Assembly (NCBI GenBank): GCA_017411785.1
Contig: JAFQPL010000010.1
Coordinates: 1 to 42,482, forward strand
Direction of reading: 5' to 3'
From: Clostridia bacterium
GTDB taxonomy: Bacteria; Bacillota; Clostridia; Oscillospirales; CAG-272
Length of the DNA stretch: 42,482 nucleotides
Shown: positions 25,455 to 31,400 of the stretch, one piece after another
Position numbering within the stretch: position 1 is the stretch's first letter
How the letters are laid out: each line of letters begins with the position of its first letter
Position numbers and translations under genes: made by a program
The notes under the pieces: model-generated
Database searches by the model: none
The model's input: only the letters and a program-made list of their open reading frames with translations
What the model was told of the DNA's origin: nothing

Positions 25455-26165
25455 ATGCATAAGCTTTATCTGCTTTTAAATATCGTGAAGAGGTCGGATC
25501 TTAAGGAATATCGCGGTTTTTTTGAGAAAAACGGCGTTTCGGTTATCTATGATACTCTCGCAAACGGAACAGCGCATGAAAAAACGCTTTCATTGCTTGG
25601 AATCGAGCGCAATGAAAAAGCAATTCTGATATCGCTTATTACCTATCCGTCGTTAAAGAAAATTCTACGCAGACTTGAGGTAGAGATGCAGATAGATCTT
25701 CCCGATAGAGGAATAGCTGTTGCGGTTCCGCTTTCAAGTATAGGCGGAACGAAGTCGCTTGAGTATTTTAAGGAAGGTCAGGATATTCCGAAAGAGCTTG
25801 AAAATAACGTTAATGGGAAAGGAGAAACCGATAATATGCAAACCGTTCAGGAGCTTATTCTTGCAATATATGAAAAAGGATATACCGATCTTGTGATGGA
25901 TGCGGCGCGCGAGGCAGGCGCGCGAGGCGGAACTACTATTCGCGCAAAGGGAACAAGCGCGGGCGCGCAAAAATTTTTTGGAATAACGCTTGCCGATGAA
26001 AAGGAAATATTGCTTATTGTAACCTCCACGTCACAGAAAAATAATATAATGAAAGCTATTATGCAGAAGGCGGGAATGGACAGTAAGGCACATTCTATCG
26101 TGTTTTCACTTCCCGTTACCGACACGGCAGGCTTTCGTTTTACCGATGAAGTAGAAAAGGATTAA
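25455..26165 (+). CDS. tandem P-II-like (GlnB-superfamily fold) signal-transduction protein
   Basis: Two ~100-aa halves each show a beta-alpha-beta-beta-alpha-beta pattern. The second half (ELILAIYEKGYTDLVMDAAREAGARGGTTIRAKGTS...EKEILLIVT...IMKAI) resembles P-II proteins. It starts 19 nt after the membrane-protein gene. Confidence 0.65.
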   Translation: MHKLYLLLNIVKRSDLKEYRGFFEKNGVSVIYDTLANGTAHEKTLSLLGIERNEKAILISLITYPSLKKILRRLEVEMQIDLPDRGIAVAVPLSSIGGTKSLEYFKEGQDIPKELENNVNGKGETDNMQTVQELILAIYEKGYTDLVMDAAREAGARGGTTIRAKGTSAGAQKFFGITLADEKEILLIVTSTSQKNNIMKAIMQKAGMDSKAHSIVFSLPVTDTAGFRFTDEVEKD

Positions 26166-26171
26166 AGAGCG

Positions 26172-27008
26172 ATGGCGGTATTTAAAAGCTTTGATAAAAA
26201 AAGAATAGCCTTTGTAGGAAACAGCTTTACCTTTTACGGTAAATGTGTAAACGTTAACGCTTTTGACGGACTTGACGACGGTTATTTTTATCAGCTTGCC
26301 AGGAGTCTTGGCGATGATGTAACCGTAACTAATTTTACTTGGGGCGGTGCAAGCTTTTGGCATAAGGGAAGCGGATTTGCTCAAAGGATGCTGTATGAGA
26401 AGATGAAGGAGCTTCATCCTGCCTATTATAATAATCCCGAGGGGCTTCCTGTTGAGGATTTTTACCGTCAGGATGCGGTAGTGCTTCAACAGTCGGGAGA
26501 CAGGATAAAGGAGACCTATGAGGACGCAAGGCTTATAATGAGCCTTTTTGCTCCCGAAACCGTTTTTGGCTTTTATATTACTACCTATGATGCTTTTCAT
26601 GATTTTGAGCCAAGCTTTGAGGCGGCAGAGCGTATAAGAGACGGAGGCGGAGTTTATATTCCGCTCGGGCATATGGTAAACGATATAATCAAGGGTAACG
26701 CTATGGTTAAGGATTCGAAATTTGAATATAATAAGAATTCTTTTATAGTATGTAAGGAGGGCGACGGATTTCATCCTAATACGCTTACGGGATACCTTAC
26801 CGCGCTTACGGTATATTACGCGTTTACCGAAAGAGATATAACCGATGCGGCATACGATTTTGCCTGTGGCCTTGATAAAGAAAAGCATTATACCTTGGGA
26901 GAGACCAATCACGGTGAGATACTTTGCTCCGATAAGGAGCTGCGGTCGCTTAAGGAGCAGGTAATGCTGTATTGTAGGAGATATAATGCAAAACAAGATG
27001 AGCGGTAA
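26172..27008 (+). CDS. SGNH/GDSL-like hydrolase-fold protein (DUF4886-like); function unknown
   Basis: It has block I IAFVGNSFT, a GG block, and block V DGFHPN (DxxH). It starts 7 nt after the P-II-like gene. The antisense ORF 26106-26996 is rejected. Confidence 0.55.
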   Translation: MAVFKSFDKKRIAFVGNSFTFYGKCVNVNAFDGLDDGYFYQLARSLGDDVTVTNFTWGGASFWHKGSGFAQRMLYEKMKELHPAYYNNPEGLPVEDFYRQDAVVLQQSGDRIKETYEDARLIMSLFAPETVFGFYITTYDAFHDFEPSFEAAERIRDGGGVYIPLGHMVNDIIKGNAMVKDSKFEYNKNSFIVCKEGDGFHPNTLTGYLTALTVYYAFTERDITDAAYDFACGLDKEKHYTLGETNHGEILCSDKELRSLKEQVMLYCRRYNAKQDER

Positions 27009-28131
27009 TTCGTTGGGCGTATATTTACATATTCCGTTTTGTATAAAAAAATGTAACTACTGCGATTTTTGCTCGCTTGCAAATTCTGGTACCGAGCTTA
27101 TGCGTGAATATTCGCGTGAGCTTGCAAGACGCATACGCGAGTTTTCCGCGGTTTACGGAAAGCAGGCGGTGGATACCGTGTATTTTGGCGGCGGAACGCC
27201 AACGCTTTTGCCGTATAGCTGCTTTGAGGAGATATTTTTTGCCTTGAAGGATAGCTTTTTTATTGCGGATGATTCCGAAATCACCGTTGAAGGTAATCCT
27301 GCGAGCATTGATGCTAAGGGGCTTGCGGAGCTTCGTTCTCTCGGGGCAAACCGTTTAAGCATAGGCTTGCAAAGCGCAAATGACAACGAGCTTGATATGC
27401 TCGGAAGAGTACATAGCTTTTATGATTTTTGCAGCACTTACGAGGATGCAAGGCGGGTAGGCTTTGATAATATAAGCGTAGATCTTATGTACGGCTTGCC
27501 GTCGCAAACAAAGGATAAGCTTGAATATTCTCTTGAAAAGTTAATTGAGCTTTCTCCCGAGCATGTTTCGGTATATGGCTTAAAGATAGAGGAGGGAACT
27601 CATTTTTACAGGGAGCGTGATTTCCTTGATCTACCCGACGACGATACCTGCGCTGAATTTTATGAGCTTTGCTGCGAAAGACTTTTCGGATCGGGATACA
27701 GACGTTATGAGATAAGCAATTTTTCTCTTGAGGGCAGAGAGTCAAGGCATAATCTTAAATATTGGCGTCTTGATGATTACATTGGGTTTGGTGTGGCTGC
27801 GTATTCTTGCTTTCAGGGCGAAAGATTCGGAAACTCACGAAATATAAAGGGCTTTCTTGAGGGACGAGATATTTGTGAGTACAGACAGAAGATTTCCGAT
27901 AACGACAGGGTGTCTGAGTACGTTATGCTTGGACTTCGGTTGGAAAAGGGAATTGCTCTTGAGGATTATTATAGGATTTCAGGACAGGATTTTTTTGAAG
28001 CCTATCCTGCTGTTAAGGATTTTATAAGTAAAGGATTTATGACATTTGAGGAAGGACGTGTAGCTTTTTCAACTAAAGGCTTTCTTGTGAGTAACATTAT
28101 TCTTTCTGAAATTCTGTTCTTTGAGGATTAA
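26986..28131 (+). CDS. hemW: radical SAM heme chaperone HemW (coproporphyrinogen III oxidase-like)
   Basis: Motifs present: YLHIPFC..KC.YCDF, GGGTP, and a C-terminal HemN_C-like domain. It overlaps the upstream gene by 23 nt. ATG 26998 is an alternative start. Confidence 0.85.
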   Translation: MQNKMSGNSLGVYLHIPFCIKKCNYCDFCSLANSGTELMREYSRELARRIREFSAVYGKQAVDTVYFGGGTPTLLPYSCFEEIFFALKDSFFIADDSEITVEGNPASIDAKGLAELRSLGANRLSIGLQSANDNELDMLGRVHSFYDFCSTYEDARRVGFDNISVDLMYGLPSQTKDKLEYSLEKLIELSPEHVSVYGLKIEEGTHFYRERDFLDLPDDDTCAEFYELCCERLFGSGYRRYEISNFSLEGRESRHNLKYWRLDDYIGFGVAAYSCFQGERFGNSRNIKGFLEGRDICEYRQKISDNDRVSEYVMLGLRLEKGIALEDYYRISGQDFFEAYPAVKDFISKGFMTFEEGRVAFSTKGFLVSNIILSEILFFED

Positions 28132-28146
28132 GCTTGCGAAAGACTC

Positions 28147-28175
28147 TTGACATTTTGTTATAAATGCTGTAAAAT
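28147..28175 (+). promoter_or_regulatory. sigma-A-type promoter (TTGACA-17-TAAAAT)
   Basis: TTGACA lies at 28147-28152 and TAAAAT at 28170-28175. Confidence 0.6.
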
Positions 28176-28208
28176 AAATATAGAAAAACGTTTAAGGAGA
28201 TAACAAAC

Positions 28209-28526
28209 ATGGATAATGAAAAAATGAATGATTTTGATGCGGTAGATCCCGATAATATTATAACTCTTACAGATGAAAACGGTGTAGAGGTCGAGTTCGA
28301 GATAATCGCGGATTATGAGAAGGACGGAAATAAGTATTTTGCTATGTTTCCTCCCGAGGATGAGGCTGATGAAAACAGTGATATCGTAGAGTACGTGATC
28401 CTTAAGCTCGTTACCGATGAGGAGAGCGGAGAGGAGTTCTTCGTAAGCATTGACGATGACGATGAGCTTGACGATATCGCGGATTACTTTGATGATCTTT
28501 TTTCCTCTGAGATAGATTACGATTAA
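28209..28526 (+). CDS. small acidic DUF1292-like protein
   Basis: The sequence I.L.DENG.E.EFE......DG.KY..... with a highly acidic C-terminus is typical of the DUF1292 family found in Firmicutes. Confidence 0.7.
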   Translation: MDNEKMNDFDAVDPDNIITLTDENGVEVEFEIIADYEKDGNKYFAMFPPEDEADENSDIVEYVILKLVTDEESGEEFFVSIDDDDELDDIADYFDDLFSSEIDYD

Positions 28527-28581
28527 AAATCATTTTTTGGAATAAAAGTAATAAAAGCTGATTAAAATATAAATACCTGCT

Positions 28582-28790
28582 TAGCTCGTGATAGTTGTTC
28601 ACAGGAGCTACACTACGTTAAAGGAGTCCGAAAACAGAGTTCGACCGTGGTTTGCAGACCTCCCCCTATCAGTCTGATTGACTTGTCTCACACTTTTAGG
28701 GGACGTTGGGAGCAGTAAAGCGAGAGATAGGACACCGCCTTGGCTTTCAGGGTCTCTCTATATGACTACACGGCTCGGCGGGGTAACTAA
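28582..28790 (+). ncRNA. candidate structured non-coding RNA of unassigned family
   Basis: This non-coding stretch has several helices. Hairpin TAGCTC/GAGCTA lies at 28582-28610, GTC(C)GAA/TTCGAC at 28626-28645, CCCCTA/TAGGGG at 28663-28702 and GAGAGA/TCTCTC at 28722-28758. A long-range pairing CGTG(A)TAGT/ACTACACG joins 28587-28595 with 28765-28772. A strong terminator follows immediately. The 5' boundary is uncertain. Confidence 0.45.
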
Positions 28791-28829
28791 GGGGCTTTTG
28801 CTTTGAAATAAAGCAAGTCCCTTTTTTAT
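28791..28829 (+). terminator. intrinsic terminator ending the ncRNA candidate
   Basis: GGGGC(TT)TTGCTTT-GAAAT-AAAGCAAGTCCC is followed by TTTTTTATT. Confidence 0.8.
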
Positions 28830-28851
28830 TGCTAAAAAAAGAAAAAAGGTA

Positions 28852-28880
28852 TTGACAAAGAGCGGTATTTGTGATATAAT
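28852..28880 (+). promoter_or_regulatory. consensus sigma-A promoter for rpsF-ssb-rpsR (TTGACA-17-TATAAT with TGn)
   Basis: TTGACA lies at 28852-28857 and TGA-TATAAT ends at 28880. Confidence 0.75.
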
Positions 28881-28884
28881 TCAA

Positions 28885-28975
28885 TCTTGGTACGGATGTC
28901 CTTGGGACGTTCGTCTCCTTACCGTGTGTAAATTTTTGATTTGATGCATACGGTCACAAGTCCATAGGGAGGTGT
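28885..28975 (+). promoter_or_regulatory. 5' leader of rpsF, a possible S6:S18-binding autoregulatory leader
   Basis: It is a ~95-nt structured leader (GGTACGGATGTCCTTGGGACGTTCGTCTCCTTACC hairpin) between the promoter and the RBS GGGAGGTG. S6:S18-responsive leaders are known upstream of rpsF in Firmicutes. Family membership was not verified. Confidence 0.4.
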
Positions 28976-28980
28976 AAAAA

Positions 28981-29403
28981 ATGGAAAAGGTAATCAATTC
29001 TTACGAAAGCCTGTTCATCGTAAACGTTACGAAGGGTGACGAAGTTGTTGAAGCAACGGTGAACAAGTTTGTGTCTTTGATTGAGGCAAATGCCGAGATC
29101 GTAGACGTAGCAAAGTGGGGTAAGCGCCGTCTTGCTTATGCAATCGACGATATGCCCGAGGGATATTACGTAGTCGTTACTTATAAGACTAGCGGAGAAT
29201 TTCCCAGTGAGTTTGAGCGTCTTTGCAACATCGACGAAACTGTTATGCGTTCTATGACGTTGAAGCTTGAGTACGATGCTGCAGCAAAGAAGGCTGCAAA
29301 GGCTGCTACAAAGGCTGCTGATGAGACTGTTGCCGAGGAAGCTCCTGCTGTTGAAGAAGCAGTTGAGGAAGCACCCGCAGCAGAAGCAACCGATGCGGAA
29401 TAA
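28981..29403 (+). CDS. rpsF: 30S ribosomal protein S6 with a ~45-aa Ala/Glu/Lys-rich C-terminal tail
   Basis: The sequence YE..FIV...........V.KF...I......I..V..WGKR.LAY.I resembles S6, and the gene is first in the rpsF-ssb-rpsR order. Confidence 0.92.
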   Translation: MEKVINSYESLFIVNVTKGDEVVEATVNKFVSLIEANAEIVDVAKWGKRRLAYAIDDMPEGYYVVVTYKTSGEFPSEFERLCNIDETVMRSMTLKLEYDAAAKKAAKAATKAADETVAEEAPAVEEAVEEAPAAEATDAE

Positions 29404-29423
29404 TTAAGGTAGGAGAGTAAAAA

Positions 29424-29876
29424 ATGTCTTGTCTTAACTTAAACAAGGTTGTTCTTGCAGGAAGATTGACCAACGATCCTGAGCTTAAGCAGACTGCAAC
29501 AGGTGTTTCTGTAATGAGCTTTACTATTGCAGTAAACCGCAGATATGCTTCAAAGAACGATCAGGGAGAGAGTCAGAATCAAGCAGATTTTATATCTGTT
29601 GTGGCATGGAGAAACACCGCGGAGTTTATAGCTAAGTATTTTAGAAAAGGCTCGGCGATCTGTATTACAGGAAGTATTCAGACTAGAAATTGGCAAGATC
29701 AACAGGGACAAAGAAGATATACTACGGAGGTAGTAGCGGATGAAGCAATGTTTGTTGACTCTCGCAGCGAGAGTACATCGACCGATGCTTATGCGCCAAC
29801 TCCATCGTATGCTTCTCCCAACGCAGTAGCTCCTAATTTTGAGGAGCACAATACAGACGACGATCTTCCTTTCTGA
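29424..29876 (+). CDS. ssb: single-stranded DNA-binding protein
   Basis: It has an OB-fold N-terminus (LNKVVLAGRLTNDPELKQT..G..V..FTIAVNR) and the acidic C-terminal tip DDDLPF. Confidence 0.92.
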   Translation: MSCLNLNKVVLAGRLTNDPELKQTATGVSVMSFTIAVNRRYASKNDQGESQNQADFISVVAWRNTAEFIAKYFRKGSAICITGSIQTRNWQDQQGQRRYTTEVVADEAMFVDSRSESTSTDAYAPTPSYASPNAVAPNFEEHNTDDDLPF

Positions 29877-29929
29877 TTACAGAAGAGAGATAGTCAGACT
29901 CAAATTAATAAAAACAGGAGGTTTCCGTT

Positions 29930-30190
29930 ATGGATAGCAATAAGACCGAAAACGTAGTTCGCGCACCCCGTCCAATGATGCGCAGAAGAAAGAAGGTTTG
30001 CATATTCTGTGCAGATAAGGTTGACTTTATCGATTATAAGGATTGTGCAAAGCTTGGAAAATTCATAAGTGAGAGCGGCAAGATTCTTCCCAGAAGAATT
30101 TCCGGAACTTGTGCAAAGCATCAGAGAGAGCTTAATACGGCAATTAAGAGAGCAAGACAGGTAGCGCTTCTTCCTTACGTAAAGGATTAA
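29930..30190 (+). CDS. rpsR: 30S ribosomal protein S18
   Basis: The sequence RRRKKVC.FC......IDYKD...[34 protein letters not shown] resembles S18. Confidence 0.93.
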   Translation: MDSNKTENVVRAPRPMMRRRKKVCIFCADKVDFIDYKDCAKLGKFISESGKILPRRISGTCAKHQRELNTAIKRARQVALLPYVKD

Positions 30191-30201
30191 TTTTAACAGA
30201 T

Positions 30202-30256
30202 CAGGAAAGGCCTAATAAAAAAGGGCCTTTCCTGAAAAAAGATTTTTATTTTTTTG
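30202..30256 (+). terminator. hairpin plus distal T-run after rpsR
   Basis: CAGGAAAGGCC-loop-GGCCTTTCCTG (30202-30234) is followed by AAAAAAGATTTTTATTTTTTT. Confidence 0.55.
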
Positions 30257-30265
30257 CAAAAAGTA

Positions 30266-30294
30266 TTGACAAAAAAATATTAGTATGATATAAT
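30266..30294 (+). promoter_or_regulatory. consensus sigma-A promoter for the tRNA-Thr/tRNA-Tyr operon (TTGACA-17-TATAAT with TGn)
   Basis: TTGACA lies at 30266-30271 and TGA-TATAAT ends at 30294, about 14 nt upstream of the tRNA-Thr 5' end. Confidence 0.75.
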
Positions 30295-30308
30295 ATCAAC
30301 GTTGCAAT

Positions 30309-30383
30309 GCTGGTGTGGCTCAATGGCAGAGCAGCTGATTTGTAATCAGCAGGTTGTTGGTTCGACTCCGATCACCAGCTCCA
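30309..30383 (+). tRNA. tRNA-Thr (anticodon UGU)
   Basis: GCTGGTGTGGCTCAATGGCAGAGCAGCTGATTTGTAATCAGCAGGTTGTTGGTTCGACTCCGATCACCAGCTCCA folds as a cloverleaf. The acceptor stem is GCTGGTG/CACCAGC, the anticodon stem GCTGA/TCAGC, the anticodon loop TTTGTAA and the T-loop TTCGACT. CCA is encoded. Confidence 0.9.
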
Positions 30384-30414
30384 AAGAGGCTTCACCAAGT
30401 GGAGCCTAAAATAT

Positions 30415-30499
30415 GGGGGATTTCCCGAGCGGCCAAAGGGGGCAGACTGTAAATCTGTTGTCACTGACTTCGGTGGTCCGAATCCACCATCCCCCACCA
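30415..30499 (+). tRNA. tRNA-Tyr (anticodon GUA), class II with a long variable arm
   Basis: The sequence is GGGGGATTTCCCGAGCGGCCAAAGGGGGCAGACTGTAAATCTGTTGTCACTGACTTCGGTGGTCCGAATCCACCATCCCCCACCA. The acceptor stem is GGGGGAT/ATCCCCC, the anticodon loop CTGTAAA, the variable stem GTC/GAC and the T-arm GGTGG-TCCGAAT-CCACC. The T-loop has C at position 55. Confidence 0.85.
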
Positions 30500-30544
30500 G
30501 AAAAAAGCACACATTTGTCTACTAAGACAATGTGTGCTTTTTTC
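30500..30544 (+). terminator. intrinsic terminator flush with the tRNA-Tyr 3' end (part of the repeated element)
   Basis: The sequence is GAAAAAAGCACACATTTGTC-TACTAA-GACAATGTGTGCTTTTTT. It is near-identical to 22301-22342 on the opposite strand. Confidence 0.85.
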
Positions 30545-30757
30545 AACGAAATTTGCCCTGCGGGCAAGTGAAATAGCTGTGCTGTGAAATATTTGCTTCG
30601 CAAATGTGAAATATTCGCTGACGCGAATGTGGGCAAATTTCATTTCACATCGAACAGAGCCGTAGGCGACGTGAGATATTTCACAATGCGCAATAGCACA
30701 TTATTTCACGTTTTGCGCAAGCAAAACATTTCACTGCAACCGCAGGCGATGCATCAT
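30545..30757. repeat. GTGAAAT/ATTTCAC motif plus mini-hairpin array (copy 2)
   Basis: GTGAAAT occurs at 30568, 30584 and 30606. ATTTCAC occurs at 30642, 30678, 30703 and 30728. Spacers form short hairpins (TTGCCCTGCGGGCAA, ATTTGCTTCGCAAAT, ATTCGCTGACGCGAAT, TTTTGCGCAAGCAAAA). Confidence 0.85.
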
Positions 30758-30786
30758 TTGACAAACAAGCGATTTCGTGATATAAT
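30758..30786 (+). promoter_or_regulatory. consensus sigma-A promoter reading into the small lipoprotein gene (TTGACA-17-TATAAT with TGn)
   Basis: TTGACA lies at 30758-30763 and TGA-TATAAT ends at 30786. It directly abuts the repeat array. Confidence 0.7.
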
Positions 30787-30810
30787 AACGGAAAATGAGG
30801 AGCTGCGATT

Positions 30811-31266
30811 ATGAAAAAAATGTTATTTATTTTGTTTGCAACTGTCCTGTTGTTAAGTATGACAGCTTGTAACGGTTATAATGGAATTATGCGAGAACAT
30901 CTTAGCGATGAAGATAATTATCAAGATATCGAGGCAACATTTTGCTCATATAAAGAAGCCGACGGCCGAATTTATCTGTATGTTTCCGTTGAGGACAAAT
31001 CAGCTTTTGATTCTTCCGAAGCGAACAGTGAAGAAATCAGATTGGAATTAGTGGGTGATAATTGCAATGTTCTTAGCGAAGTCCTTGCAAAAGAAGAGAT
31101 ATGCGAGGGCGATAGAATTACTGTAAAATGCTCGACGTGGATCTATATGGATTCAACGTTTTACTATGTCGCCGAAATAAAAAATCAAGATAAAATATTT
31201 TTATCGTTTGATGATGGCTTAAAAAACATCATAAAGTATGTTAACGATAATAAAGCTTTACTTTGA
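30811..31266 (+). CDS. small lipoprotein of unknown function (151 aa)
   Basis: The signal peptide MKKMLFILFATVLLLSMTAC carries a lipobox. The RBS is GAGGAG. I recognised no conserved catalytic motif. Confidence 0.65.
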   Translation: MKKMLFILFATVLLLSMTACNGYNGIMREHLSDEDNYQDIEATFCSYKEADGRIYLYVSVEDKSAFDSSEANSEEIRLELVGDNCNVLSEVLAKEEICEGDRITVKCSTWIYMDSTFYYVAEIKNQDKIFLSFDDGLKNIIKYVNDNKALL

Positions 31267-31346
31267 ATTGTCCTTGTAATCTGTATTACGCACCTTTTTT
31301 TCGTTTTTACCTACACCTGCGCACCGTTTGCGCGTTTCTTCGCAAC

Positions 31347-31385
31347 AAAAAACGCACTTTTGTCTTTCGACAAAGGTGCGTTTTT
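31347..31385. terminator. bidirectional intrinsic terminator between convergent genes
   Basis: The sequence is AAAAAACGCAC(T)TTTGTC-TTTC-GACAAA(G)GTGCGTTTTT. Confidence 0.8.
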
Positions 31386-31400
31386 GTTGTTATAGCTTTT

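Noticed and set aside
28582-28790. I tried to assign the ncRNA candidate to SRP RNA, 6S RNA, RNase P RNA, tmRNA, a T-box or a common riboswitch class.
   Set aside because: I could not find the hallmark sequences. These include the SRP GGAAGCAGC-type domain IV, the RNase P GAGGAAAGTCC motif, the tmRNA tag ORF with a tRNA-like end, the T-box AGGGTGGTACCGCG motif, and a convincing ZTP or other riboswitch core. I leave it unassigned rather than name a family.
31347-31385. I considered whether this terminator (AAAAAACGCACTTTTGTC...) belongs to the same family as the tRNA-flush hairpins (AAAAAAGCACACATTTGTC...). If so, the lipoprotein gene would be bracketed as a cassette.
   Set aside because: The similarity is limited to an A-run, GCAC and TTTGTC. 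That could be chance among A/T-flanked terminators. No GTGAAAT array accompanies it. The evidence is not strong enough to claim homology.
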